Source: Eledone cirrhosa
Lineage: Eukaryota
Assembly (NCBI GenBank): GCA_964016885.1
Contig: OZ024743.1
Location: 212,474,001 to 212,538,000, forward strand
DNA length: 64,000 bases
Reading direction: 5' to 3'
The position numbers and the translations under genes were made by a program. Position 1 is the first letter of the stretch; every line of letters begins with the position of its first letter. Below, piece by piece: positions 12,937 through 27,841 of this stretch. The notes under the pieces are model-generated. The model was not told where the DNA came from and searched no databases. It worked only from the letters and a program-made list of their open reading frames with translations.

Positions 12937-13712
12937 ATATAGAGAAACACACAGATACATGCGGACACACACATATACATGAATATATCCACATCCATCC
13001 TTGAGTTAATGGTGCCAACCTTAACCGATGTTGCTCTATGAATAACTGGGACAAACCAATCCGAATTGGACAAACCAATCTTATTACTAATTATATCTAA
13101 TGTTTCTTCTCTCTTCATAATGTACTTTATAGCTCTGATACTGGTTCAGTCTAATCCATTCGGATTGGTTTATCCCAGTTATTCATAGAGCAACATCGGT
13201 TAAGGTTGGCACCATTAACTCAAGGATGGATGTGGATATATTCATGTATATGTGTGTGTCCGCATGTATCTATGTGTTTCTCTATATATTGTTTATAACT
13301 CCCTTTGGTCGAGTAACCCTTGAAGTGTAGTGACTGCTGGAAAGCTACCGTTACTCATACTTCTTGCCCCCTTAACCACCTCTTCTACGGCCTCGATATA
13401 AATACCCCCCCCCGCCTCCGTGGTATTTTTCAGGGTTATAAGAGGCTTAGCTCTGTTTCTTGACCGCTGTATCACGTGACTGACTCCCCCTCCGCCTTTT
13501 GGGATTCTATCTCGCATCTTACAGACGTGTTTTTGAAATCCTTAATGAGGTATCCTCTTGATAAGTCGGCAGACCTCACAAAAATTATATATCTCTGTGA
13601 TATATTGTTTTTGATTATGCCACGAAACTACGTAGTCGAGGAATTTAGAAGCAGTTTAGGTATGATACATCTTATTACTAATTATATCTAATGTTTCTTC
13701 TCTCTTCATAAT

Positions 13713-13717
<5 letters not shown>
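12932..13717. mobile_element. Fold-back/direct-repeat module between (TA)n tracts (Penelope pLTR-like)
   Basis: 12932-13065 is inverted at 13159-13293; a ~49-bp direct repeat at 13078-13127 and 13669-13717; contains the hammerhead at 13553-13642. Confidence 0.75.
13553..13642 (+). ncRNA. Type I hammerhead, U3-A8 variant, long stem II
   Basis: TCCTC-TTGATAA-[gtcggca...tgccac]-GAAA-ctacgtag-TC-GAGGA; GUC triplet. Confidence 0.8.
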
Positions 13718-13774
<57 letters not shown>

Positions 13775-14044
13775 TATATATATATTAAAATAACAGATTA
13801 AAGTTTAAGCAAAGAATCGCTGCTTTCACCCATAACGGGATTTTCTGAAACTAAAACTCATTATCATTATTATTACTTTATATGACCCTTTATGTTCTGA
13901 GTTCAAATCCCGCCGAGGTTAACTTTGCCTTTCATCCTTACGGGGTCGATAAAATAAAGTACCAGTAATGCACTGAGTAATTGCTGGCCTTGTGCCAAAA
14001 GTAGAACAATTATTATTACTTTATCTATATATATATATATATTT

Positions 14045-14082
14045 CGAGCTGAGGATCCGCTAAGGTGAAACAATTGTTCTCG
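14045..14082 (+). ncRNA. Minimal type I hammerhead (same family as 3696-3731)
   Basis: CGAG-CTGAGGA-tcc gctaa ggt-GAAA-caattg-TT-CTCG, directly after (TA)n. Confidence 0.78.
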
Positions 14083-14111
14083 GTATGGTGAACTAACTGT
14101 TGTGTAACCAC

Positions 14112-14592
14112 TGTAGTGACCTACATTCCGCGGGCTCACATACATTCTCTGTGCGTGATTTGGCTCAGTTCAGCCAATCAGCGCCAGTAGAAGAGGATGT
14201 ATCCCTACGCGCCCTGAGGAAGAAATTCCCCGCGAAGATTTGAAGAATCTCTCTCTTGTACCGGAAACTTCAAGCCAGCAACACGCATAATGTAACAGTG
14301 AGATATTGCACCCCTAGCCTCGCCGGCTTAACGGCGCAATGGCACATTCCCTTTTGTAACCTCTTTTTATCTGTAACTTCAACCATATAAATAAACAGAC
14401 ATTTCATCTCTAATTGCTGCTGTTGAAATCGTTGTTATGTTACTCGTGTCTCAATAACATCTTTAGTCCATGCTGCTGGAATTGGCGACCTGACGAAAGG
14501 AATATTGTAAATAGATGGTAAATAGATCGAGGGACCTTCCCTCACGTCTATGTCAACAAGATAATCCAACGAGGATACTATCACTTACCACA
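14112..14592 (+). mobile_element. LTR (Gypsy-like) followed by a primer-binding-site-like motif
   Basis: Begins TGTAGT and ends ACCACA; internal CCAAT and AATAAA; TGGCAAC starts at 14594. Confidence 0.55.
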
Positions 14593-14782
14593 CTGGCAAC
14601 TAACGACCTTCAATCATCTACCCTGTTAAAGTGACGACCACTGATTCTACCACCCTGCTAATGTGGCGATAACATCAACAACTAATACTGCTAAACCACT
14701 TCCACCTAACTCGTCCCATGGACTGAGTGCTCTACCACTACCGATATTACCTTCCAGTGTTCCACCACTATATATATATATC

Positions 14783-15100
14783 CAGTGGAACCTCAGTTCA
14801 CGAATGTCTCTCATCACGAAACAAATCAGTTCACGAACAACTTTTCCGAACATAAAACGTCTCGTGTGACGAATAGAGTCTCGAGTAATGAACACGCAAG
14901 GTGGGCAACAACGGTTGGCGACAAGCTGGGGATGTCAGTTGGAAAGCATCGCTTGCTGTGTAATTAGTTACTATGGTGATATCTATCTGTCTTTCACACA
15001 CAGTCTCTCTCAATATTTCGTATGGGGAAAATAATTTCGGCATACGAACATTTCGGATGACGAATGGCCTTCAGAAACGAATTAAATTGTATTCTCAGTC
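14783..15100 (+). mobile_element. Tigger/pogo-like MITE remnant
   Basis: CAGTGGAACCTC.GTTCACGAA terminus with repeated acgaa motifs; right end truncated. Confidence 0.55.
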
Positions 15101-15242
15101 GCTTCACGCCATGAAACCGGGATAAGCACCGGCCAAATGAGCCTTCTGTTTTAAGACAGACTTTAGACTTTTTATATATATTTCCTGCTATTTCAAGCGT
15201 TAACCTGATATATTCCTTCCATATAATGTACCGATCATGTAC

Positions 15243-18200
15243 TGCCAGGCGCCCAGTTTTCTCGGTCTTTGCTTGACCCAGGATTGCAGCTCGGTGAGTG
15301 AGACGAGTCTGGGAAAGGTTCGTCTCACAAACGAGGCCCACACCGGTTGACCGGTGAGGAATACGTAGAGGTGCCGTAGCCTTAATGCGTGTTTACGCAT
15401 CATTAGCCACGGCATCCCCAGCCCTCCTTTCGAAGGGTGTTGACAGCAGATGGATCTCCTCACCATAGGAGCCCGCCTCTTCCAAAGGAATTGGAAGAGC
15501 GCGCGCTCCATCTTGGTGAGGGTTTCCCTTGGGCAGGGCACTACGGTCAGGCGGTAGTAGATGACGGACGCTATATAGGTGTTCGCCACCTCCGCCCGAC
15601 CTTTCAGGGATAGTTTGCAACTGGCCCACTTCTGGGTCAGTGCAAACACCCTGTTCGTAACCTCCGCCCAGTTTTTCTCCACCTGGAGGTCCGGTCCGAA
15701 CCAGACCCCGAGCAACTTCACCGGGCCCTCCGTCCAGCGTCCGACGACGCCATCGGAGGGCATCGGTCTTCCCCTCCACGTGCCGAGTTGCAAACCGATC
15801 GACTTGTCCCGGTTCAGCTTAGCCCCTGTGAACCTTTCGTACTCCTCCAGTAAGGTGCCGACCGCCTCGATTTCGGAGGCCGTCGACACCATTACTGTCA
15901 CGTCATCGGCGTAGGCCGACACCGCTTTCCGCAATCCCGGTTCCAACGGGATGCCCTGCAACAACTCCAACTTCCGCAGTAGTGGCTCGAGAGTCAACAC
16001 ATACAGAAGGGAGGAGAGATGGCACCCTTGTCGGATGGACCGCGCGATTTTGAACGGCTCCGAGAGGTAGCCGTTCACCTTGACCCTAGAGCAGATGCGG
16101 CTGCTGTGCATAGCAGTGATCCAGCCCCTGAAAACGGGTCCGAAGCCTGCCGCCGCTAGCACCGCATCCAGATAACCATGGTCGACCCTATCGAACGCCT
16201 TAGATTGATCCAAGTTGATCAGAGCCCCACCAAAGCCGGGTTCGTTCCCAACCCTCTCTATGATGTATCGCATTAGGTGGAGGTTGTCATGGATGGACCT
16301 GGACGGGATAGCGCATGTCTGCGCATCTCCCACCAGGTTGCCCACGACAAGCGCCAACCTCTTTGCTAGCACCTTGGCCAAAATCTGTAACTTTGTATTT
16401 AGCAGAGTTATGGGCCTGAAGTTACTTATTTCGTCCCCCTTGTTCTCGTCCTTCCTCACTAGCGTGACTACGCCCTTGGTCACAGTACAGGGAATTCTGC
16501 CGTTCTGTTGCCAGTTGCAGTAGACCGCCTCGAGGAGATCGGGGAACAAGTCCGGCATAGCTAGATATAATTCGTAAGGAAGACCATCGAGACCCGGGGA
16601 TTTGCGTTTGCCGCATTGGCCCAGCACGTCCTCTATCTCAGCGGCCGAAATCGGCTCCTCGCAGGACTTCGCCTCCCTGTCCGAGAGACGCGGCAGGCCG
16701 TCGAGGTATGGACCGAAGTCCACATTCCCAACCGGCCCCCCGCCCCTCCCGAACAGTCGGGCAAAGTGCCTTTGAAAGGCCTCACACATCTGCTTAGGCT
16801 CAAGAATCGCCCGTCCATCAAGGTCTCGCAAAGACCGGATAGTGGATTTAGTTCCACTGTTGGCCTCTGTCACGCGGGCCCAGCTAACAGCTTTGGTCCC
16901 ATCGTTCCCTAGAGCACGTATTTTACTTCGGACAACGTAGCCTTCGTGCTTCGCGTCGAAAAACTGGCTCAAAGCCGTTCTCGACGCTAGCACTCTGGCC
17001 ACGTCGCCGCTTCTAATTGCCTCTTCTACTCTATCTATTAGCTCCCTTTCCTTCCTACTCCTATCCGCAGCTAGAACCTTACTAAATTCTATCGAGACTA
17101 CTCTAATCTCTCTCTTTAGAGATACCCACCACCTGCTGTTGACGATCGCTCCAGTCAATCGTTCCTTAACTAACGTACTAATCCGATCCCTGTAGGCTCT
17201 ACTTGCCGGCAAGGACAAGTTGAGCTTCCAGTAACCGGGGCCCTGTCTATGCGTTCTATCAAGGTTGACCATGCAGGTCACCAACTTGTGGTCTGAATAG
17301 CCAACCATGAGCATTTCTGGACAACTTAAAAAGTCCCTGTCCTTATTTCTAACTAAAAATCTATCTAGGTACGACCTAAATGATCCGCTGCGATTTGACC
17401 AAGACCAGGTTGGCACCGTCGGAAAATCTAGTCGAAATCTATCGGCCAGGTCAAATCGGTCGAGTAACCCCTTGAGGCTGTTGCACCCCTCTCTATCGGG
17501 ACATGCCCCTGCATAGTCCCAACGTGCATCCAGGATACCATTCCAATCCCCCACTAAAAGCAGGGAACGGGACGTCCCTAGAAAAGACTCCAGACGCTGG
17601 AAAAAGTCGGGCCGCTCTGTCCCAAAAGGGGCATATGCGGCTACCAGCCTAAAGGCTCCACCTTCACCACTGCCAAGGTCCAGCACCACCAGTCGACCCC
17701 CTGGGTCCAAGTGAACTATCTGTGTTGCAAGGCCCATATGTTTTTGCAGCAGAACGACAACCCCACCCCCACCTCCGGGCTGACAGAGAGATGCGTGCAT
17801 CTCAAAGTCGTCAAAGGTGGGGGCTAGCTGTCGCATGCTGCTGATCCGGGTCTCGCAGATAACCATCACATTTATAGATTGTGACCTGAGGTCATTTAGA
17901 AGCATTGCTTGCTTCCAAGACGAGCCCAGGCCACGCGCATTTAGACACCCTACTCTTAGCACAGCCATGTTGGTGGTAAAGAGAAAAGGCACTTACCTCT
18001 CTGCGTCCCGGGAAACGGGCCGCTCAATTTCCATGCTGGTTGGGGATGGGTTGTTGGGTGGGGTGGTGGTTTGTGGAAGTGAAGGGGCATCGGTGTGTTG
18101 TGGGGTTGGGGTGTTTGTGGTTGAGTGGGTGTCTGGGTGGGGTGGGGGTGGGGGGTGAAATTTTTTTAGGAGGACGCAGTTGATTGGTTTGGCGCAGGGG

Positions 18201-18874
18201 GGGGGGGGGGGGGGCCACGTCCTCCGTGAAATTTATTTTCAGTGTTTTGTACAAGTGCATTGGGACTTTTATCATTTTTAAATGAGGTAGTCCCACAGCA
18301 GTTATAAAGTTAGGCCCTTCAGTTTGGACCGAAGGGTTTGCTGAAATTGTTTTCCGTAATTATTTGTTGTCTGTGTTCATGTATGTGTATTGTAAGGTCT
18401 TTTTTTGTGTAGCAGTTAGTGTTGTGTGACAGGGAGGGGTGGTTTGTGTGTAGTTTGTGTTCTCTTGGGGGGGGGGGGGGTTAAAGTTAACATGTGTGTC
18501 TGTGGTGCGTCTTCTCTTCTTTCTTTTTACTTGTTGGAAGGGATCTTTTTCGTCTTGCGACGAAAGGGGTTCGTCTTCCTTGTTGGGTGGGAGGGGTATG
18601 TTTTCTGGTAGTGTTTGCGGTGTGTGTGTTTTTGTATTTGTTTTGGGTGAGGAGGGGTTGGGTGGGACAGTATTCTGTGTTATTTTTTCACGTGTTTGTT
18701 GTTGTTGTTGTTGTGGTGGTGGTGGTGGGGTTGTTGGTTTTTGTTGTTGTTGTTGTTGTGGTTGGGGTGGTGTTGTAGTTGGGGTGGTGTTGGTGTTGGT
18801 AGCAGTGTTTTTTTCTGTGTGAGCTGGGGACAGGCAGCCCTCAGGTGACCTCTATTGCCACAGAGGTAACAGGA
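15243..18874 (-). mobile_element. L1/Tx1-clade LINE (subfamily B), truncated at both ends
   Basis: ORF 15200-17992 has an APE endonuclease (LNARGL, GDWN, SDH) and RT (KSPGLDG, DQSKAFD, RQG, YADD); ORF1 remnant with CYLCGNRGHLRAAC knuckle; nearly identical to the copy at 58679-64000. Confidence 0.95.
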
Positions 18875-19187
18875 ATTTATTTTATTCATTTCTCACTATC
18901 TAATTTTATATATTTTTTTATTTCTTTCTATTATCTTTTATTGTCTCCTACTCTCATTCGATTTACCTATTCTATAACCTCCCTGCTCCACTTCATACAC
19001 TATCCTTAGAATCTGCTGTATACATATCACTTTCAACGCTTGACCGCTCCACTCATACCCCTATTGTTCTACAGGCAAGTTCAGCCACCCCTTCCTCCCA
19101 CCAAATGCCATGATAGACTTATTTGTGTTTACAACAAATTTTAACCAATCCTCTTGACAACTACAATTTTCCCATATAAAGAAGTAC

Positions 19188-19281
19188 CCCCTTGACAAGT
19201 TCGACTATTTATTCACCAGGCTAAACATTCTAATTTAGTCCAGAAATAGCCGTCGAAACGGCTTGAGCTCTGCCGTCGGGG
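19188..19281 (+). ncRNA. Type I hammerhead, U3-A8 variant, full stem III
   Basis: CCCC-TTGACAA-[gttcgactattt..ggctaaa/tttagtc..aaatagccgtc]-GAAA-cggc ttgagctct gccg-TC-GGGG. Confidence 0.8.
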
Positions 19282-19322
19282 TCATACTTTTTCCTATATA
19301 TATATATATATATATAGAGAGA

Positions 19323-19629
19323 GATTTTGAGTTTATGTTGGTTGTATACCAACACCTCAGTATGCAGGCTGGAGCACTCGACGAAGTGCGCAGGTTGGTT
19401 TGGTTACTCCGGAGTAGTGTAAAATAAAGTTAAATAAAAGTCAAATGATTAAAATTTAGCTTCGTTTATTACTGCTATATATATTTCAGTGACATGTACT
19501 TGTCTATACCATACTAATTCAAACTGCCTGAAGAGGTCACAGCCAAAGATGGCTGTCACTGAAATATATATAGCAGTAATAAACGAAGCTAAATTTTAAT
19601 CATTTGACTTTTATTTAACTTTATTTTAT
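19323..19629. mobile_element. Hammerhead-bearing fold-back module in (TA)n; same family as 42369-42908
   Basis: 19323-19493 is the reverse complement of ~42737-42908; 19494-19628 is a direct copy of ~42676-42810. Confidence 0.85.
19523..19577 (+). ncRNA. Minimal type I hammerhead ribozyme
   Basis: ACTGC-CTGAAGA-g gtcacagcca aaga tggctgtcac t-GAAA-tatata-TA-GCAGT, then AATAAA. Confidence 0.88.
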
Positions 19630-19812
19630 ATATATATATATATATATATGAAAAAGTATGACCCCGACGGTATATATATATATATATATATACTTATTAT
19701 ATGAACAGATTAAAGTTTAAGCAAAGAATCGCTGCTTTCACCCTCAACGGGATCTTCTGAAACTATATATATATATATATATAGTTATGTAATAAACAAC
19801 ATAAGACAATTA

Positions 19813-19885
19813 TTCCATTTACCAAAGGTTTCACGAAGACAGACGAGCTCAGCACAGACGTCTGAAATCGCTCATCAGAATAAAA
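19813..19885 (-). ncRNA. Type I hammerhead ribozyme
   Basis: Minus: TTTTATT-CTGATGA-[gcga ttt cagacg..cgtctg tct tcgt]-GAAA-cctttgg-TA-AATGGAA; stem I has two G-U pairs. Confidence 0.78.
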
Positions 19886-21019
19886 ATTAAAATTTAATAT
19901 GGACGTAAGATATGAATTTAAAAACAAAGGCTAAAACAATTGAAAGCGAGGCTGATATATAATAAAAAATAAAGATAAGAAATAAAATAAAATAAAATAA
20001 CGGGAAAATAGAACGTAAGGTTATGGGGAAAATTAATAAATATATATATATACATATTATTCAAAATGTTAATAAATGAAAAATATTCTCATAATCAAGA
20101 TTTGATATGTGACATACCGCTACGGTTTTGATCATTCAATTCCAGTATTGGCAGTGATTTATTTCACCAAATCTCAACGTTTTTATACCACAAATAATAT
20201 GATAAACTTAAAGAAGAAAAGGACGTAGAGCAAGTTAAAAATATAGAAGGGGGATGCAAAGAAGAGGAAAAGGCAAGAAATAAACAAATACATAAATAAA
20301 TAAATATGTAAATGAATAAAAAAATAAATAAATGGATGAATGAATAAAAGAAGAAAAAAAAAGATATAAAAGAAAAGAGGAATAAAAACAAAAGAAAGGG
20401 AAGATGTGGGGAGATTAAAGAGAAAACGAAGGGGAATAAAGAAAAACGAAGAAAAGGAAAAGGAAAAATATGAAATAGAAGGGGAGAATAAAAAAACCGT
20501 TGTATTCAAATGCTAGATAAAATAAGAAATCAAAAATCTATTCACATATATCAATAAATATCGCTTGTATTGGATTACGCTTTAGCTAATTATACTTTTA
20601 TATTATATCCAGATTATTAGGTATAGATTACTTTCTATAGCAATCAAATATTTACAAATTTATATAATTTAATTTAGCTCATTAAAGATTATTATAATTT
20701 TTAATTTTAAGGTAAGATATTCTATTAATATTTTACTACAACTTTAAAAGAATTAATCTTTAAAGCGCAATTAAATAATTATTAAATATCTATTAAAATA
20801 TACCATCCATATATCCCCATCAATGCATATAATATTTTGTTCATTTATTATCCAAATTAATTTAGAAATTCGCTTTATGAAAACTTTGTTATTATTTAAT
20901 TTTCATTTATTTCTTAGAATCCAACAGTGGTTATATTTACTCTCTATAATTTTATTTCATTTAATGAATGGTTATATTTACTTCTGTATTTAATTATTCT
21001 AATATATATAGTTTCCTTT

Positions 21020-23154
<2,135 letters not shown>

Positions 23155-23749
23155 AGGAAGTTATAGTTCACTTGAAGCATTGTGTAATGAGGTATAAACG
23201 TTTGTATATGTATAATAAAGCCAAAAGAATGCAGGTATGGACATAGAATAAAGAATGCAAATGCAAAAGATATTGTTGACAATTAGTCTTTTACCTTAGA
23301 TTTATTTAAATGTCCTAATTTTCGAGATAATATCTCTTCTTCGGAGGGAAGTAAAGCGGTTAAACCAGTGTTCTAAATAGCTTGCCAAGTCATGCGGACA
23401 GGAAATGGTATAGAGTTCTATCTCTAATGTCAAAGAGTTAAGGTTAGGTGGATAAAGAGTAGTCTCCCTTGAAAAGTTTTTTTGTACATGCCTGTTTAAG
23501 TGTGTGGGAGAATGTGTGAGGTGTAAGTATGTGTGTGTGTGAGTGTGAGAAGATATGTCTATACGAAAATGTGGGGGATAGATGTTATCTCGTGTTAGAA
23601 CTGGTCTTTGTGTGTGTATGTGTGTGTGTGTGAGAGAGAGAATAAGTGGAGGTGTAAGCGCGCGCACGCATGTGTGTGTGTATGTGCGTGTGTGTGTGTG
23701 CGTGTGTGTGGGTGGGGTGGTGGTGTAAATATGGGGCTAGATGCTCTAT

Positions 23750-26700
23750 CAAGTTATAAATTGGGTGTTGAGTTCTAGTCTATTATTGATTTGTGGTTGT
23801 GTTTTGTCTATAATTAGGGCATTGGAGTAGGCCACAGACTGTGAGGTGGCGTGCGGAATGTCCAGGGGCACCAAAGTGGCGGGCGATGGGGGAACTACCA
23901 CCGAGACGAATATCCCGGAGGTGCTCAGTGAATCTGTCCGCCAGGCGACGTCCCGTCTGTCCGGCGAAGTCCGTAGACTAGGTTGGAGGAGGTGCAGCGG
24001 AAGGCATGCCGGACAGAGAGAGAGTGGCCGTTGGGACCCTGGAAGGTGGTGGTGTTGGTGATGTGGGGACAGGTGTTGCAGCGGGGCCTAGAACAGGGAA
24101 AGGAAACGGGGGGCGGGAAAGAGAGCGTGGGTTGGGGGGTAGGGAGCTGTGGACGAGGAGGGTGCGGAGAGATTGCGTGCGCATTTGAAGGAGGGGAGTG
24201 GTGGGGTTGGGAAGATGTGGGAGGTGGAGGGGTCGGACTGGAGGCGTCGGAAGAGGCGGCGGATGGTGCGGTGGATGGGTGGTAGGTGATGGGGAAGGGG
24301 AGACGGTGGATGGGTGTGCGGTGGCGTGGGGTGAGGGTGGTGGAGCGGTGGACAGCACGGGCGCTGGTGAGAGCGGTGTGGACGAGAGAGGGGGGGGGGT
24401 AACCTCTGCGGATGAAATAGCTGACTAGGGAAAGGGCCTGGGACTCGAAGTCAGCATCTCGGCTACAGAGGCGGCGGATCCTGAGGAGTTGGGAGTAGGG
24501 AATAGAGTGTTTAGTGTGTGTGGGGTGGGAAGAGGTGAAGTCGAGGTAAGAGTGGGAGTCAGTGGGTTTGAAGAAGGCGGAGGTGACGAGGGAGTGGTGG
24601 GAGGGGTCGAAGGCGACGGAGATGTCTAAGAAGTGGACGTGGGTGGTGGAGATAGAGGTGGTGAAGTGGAGGGAGGGGTGGAAGGAGCAGAAGAAGGAGA
24701 GAAAGGAGTCGAGCTGTTCTCGGGTGAGGGTCGTGGCTCCGATACAGTCGTCGATGTAACGACCGTACAGTTCGGGCGTGGGGCCGGTGTACTGGGCAAA
24801 GATTTGGGCCTCAACATGGCCAACAAAAAGGTTGGCATAGTTCGGGCCCATTCTTGTACCCATGGCTACCCCCGTGACCTGTTGGTAAAACTCACCCGAG
24901 AAGGAGAAACAATTGAGGGTGACGACCAGCTCGGCGAGGCGAAGGAGGGTGGGGGTGGAGGGAATGGGGGAGGGGCGAAGGTCGAAGTAGTGTTTGAGGG
25001 CGTGTAGGCCGTCGGCGTGGGGGGATGACGGTATAGAGGGACTTGATGTCTAGGGTGAAGAGGAAGGGCTGTGGGCCGGGTGGGTAGGTGAAGGAGTCGA
25101 AAAGGCGCAGGGCGTGGTTGGTGTCGGAGATGTGGGAGGGGAGGGTTGTGACAAGGGGGGCGAGGATGGAGTCGAGAAAGGCGGAGATGAGTTCGGTGGG
25201 GCAGTTGCAAGCGGAGACGATGGGGCGGCCGGGGTTGTCGGGTTTGTGGAGTTTGGGGAGGAAGTAGATGGTGGGGGTGCGGGGGGTGCGGACGATGAGG
25301 TGGGAAGCAGTGGGGGGGGGGGGAGACAAGGTGTTGGATGGTGGAGGAAACTTGTTGTTTGTAGAGGGTGTGGGATCGGAGGGTAGAGGGCGGTAGAAGA
25401 GGGGGTTACGGAGCTGCCTGAGGGCTTCGGCCGTGTAGAGGTCCGCGCGCCACACCACCACGGCGCCCCCCTTGTCCGCCGGTTTGATGACGATGTCATC
25501 TCGGCTACGGAGGGAGCGGAGAGCGAGGAGTTCGCCCCGTGAGATATTATTCCGTTTGGAACGGTGGCGGAAGTCGAAACGATTTACGGCGCTACGGCTG
25601 GCATCGACGAACGCGTCCAGGGTGCTAAATTGCCCTGGGGCCGGCGTCCAAGAAGATGGTCGTCGGCCCAGGGCGAGAAACGGGTCTGGGGCGTTCGGCC
25701 GAAATGTGCCTGTAGCTTCGTGCGTCGCACGAATCGCTCGACTTCCGTTCGGGTGCGGAACTCGTCGCTGTGCGGAGTGTGGGGTATGAAGCGGAGGCCT
25801 CTACTAAGGAGTGAGCGCTCAGGTGCGGAGAGGGGGAGGTCAGAGGGTATGGTGACAACAAGTGGTGGGGTTTGGGTGTGTCGGGTGAGGGGGGAGATTG
25901 GATGGGGGGGGGTGAGGGAGGGTTGGAGAGTGGTGGGCTCATGGGGATGGGCTGGTGGTGGTGGATGGGGGTGGTTGGGAGGAGTGAGTGTAGCTTGCGG
26001 GCTTTGGTGGAGATGAGGAAGGAGAAGAGGTCGTGGTTGAGGTTTTGGATGAAGGAGAGGATGGCTTGGGCGAGGAGGGGGTGGCAGGTGGAGTTAAGGC
26101 GGAGGAGGGTGGGAGTCAGTTGGTGGTCAAGTTGGCGGAGGGTGGAACGGGAGGCGCGGATGGAGTTGCGCATCAGGAGGCGTGAGGATCGGGTGAGGAT
26201 ACGTTGCGTGGAGGGGGAAGCGGCGGGGGAAGGGTGGAAGTGTAGACGGAAGCCGAGGGGGATAAGGTGGAGGCGGTGGCAGTGGCTGAGGAAATGGATG
26301 TGGCTGGAGTGCCGGGTTTTGGCGAAGAGAAGGTAGGAGAGTTGAAGGGCAGAGGGGAGATAGCAGGGTGGGAGGAGGGTGGTGAGGAAAAGTTTGAGGC
26401 TAGTGTGTAGTTGGTGGAGAAAGGATCTCAGGCTGGGCATGGTGGGCGTTGGGTGAAAGCAGGGGAGGGATGAGAAAGCAGGTGGGTGAAGCGGGGTGGA
26501 GTGAACGAAGGAGTGAGTGCGAAGGATAGGCAGAGACGGGGAAGGGAAAATGAAACAGAAAAACGTAAAGAGGGGAGAGTATACACAGGAAAATTAAAGA
26601 CAAAAAATCATAAAGGTAAAAACACAGGCAATCGTGAACAGAAAATCATAGAAATAAAATTGTAAAAACACAGGCAAAAAATCAGATACGGAAATAAACA

Positions 26701-26990
26701 AGTACAGTAACAAAATCAAACAAAGGTAATGCGTGGAAGGAAAGAACAAGTGTGGGAAGGTGTGTAAAGTTCAGAGAGTGGTCACGGCGGATTAGATCGG
26801 GGTTGAGCCGGTAGTTAAGTTATATTCCAAAGGAATGGAAGCCGTGTGAGCGTGTATTATATATAATGGAAAATTTGAACAGGAACAAAACAGAGAGGCA
26901 GTACAACGAATGTTTATTAATTTCACGCTCTTGAGAGTGGGGTGGGGGTGGGGAACGACGTTTCGGGCATAAGCCCTTCTTCAGGTGAAA
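23750..26990 (-). mobile_element. GC-rich Penelope-like element (Neptune-like), frameshifted
   Basis: KPADKGGAVV, YFLPKLHK...GRPIVS, LDIKSLYT, MGTRMGPNYANLF, RYIDD, KPTDSHSYL..SSHP, Cys linker CSRPRCNTC..CTSSNLVY before a decayed GIY-YIG domain. Confidence 0.9.
26955..26986 (-). ncRNA. Minimal hammerhead in the Penelope 5' pseudo-LTR
   Basis: Minus: AC-CTGAAGA-a gggc ttat gccc-GAAA-cg-TC-GT, with AATAAA downstream. Confidence 0.75.
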
Positions 26991-26991
26991 A

Positions 26992-27801
26992 GTGTGTGGG
27001 AAGAGAGTTCAAAGGGTGTGTAGGGGAGTGGTGGAGAGACATATAGCGAAAAGGGGGTGGGAGGAAACGGTGCGAATGAAATTAAAAATAAAAGCATGAT
27101 CAAAATAAAATTAAAATGGGGTAAAACAAGTGGTGGAAGGGTGTGGGGCGTGTAGGGGTGGTGGCGGGTGGAGTGGGGAGAGGGAGACGGGGTGTCTGAG
27201 CGGGGAGGGCTGAAGGTGGTGTGTGTGTGTGTGTAGGTGTACGTGTGTGTGTGTATGTGAAAGCAAGGGTTGGGGGAAGAACGGGGTTGCATGTTCAGGA
27301 AGAGGTGTGTGTGGGGTGGGGTGTAGGTGTGGGAAGAGAGTTCAAAGGGTGTATAGGGGAGTGGTGGAGAGACATATAGCGAAAAGGGGGTGGGAGGAAA
27401 CGGTGCGAATGAAATTAAAAATAAAAGCATGATCAAAATAAAATTAAAATGGGGTAAAACAAGTGGTAGAAGGGTGTGGGGCGTGTAGGGGTGGTGGCGG
27501 GTGGAGTGGGGAGAGGGAGACGGGGTGTCTGAGCGTGGAGGGCTGAAGGTGGTGTGTGTGTGTGTGTAGGTGTACGTGTGTGTGTGTATGTGAAAGCAAG
27601 GGTTGGGGGAAGAACGGGGTTGCATGTTCAGGAAGAGGTGTGTGTAGGGTGGGGTGTAGGTGTGGGAAGAGAGTTCAAAGGGTGTGTAGGGGAGTGGTGG
27701 AGAGACATATAGCGAAAAGGGGGTGGGAGGAAACGGTGCGAATGAAATTAAAAATAAAAGCATGATCAAAATAAAATTAAAATGGGGTAAAACAGGTGGT
27801 G

Positions 27802-27803
<2 letters not shown>
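26992..27803. repeat. 333-bp tandem repeat (~2.4 copies)
   Basis: Near-identical ORFs at 27223 and 27556 (offset 333); ggaagagagttcaaagggtgt occurs three times. Confidence 0.9.
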
Positions 27804-27839
<36 letters not shown>

Positions 27840-27841
<2 letters not shown>

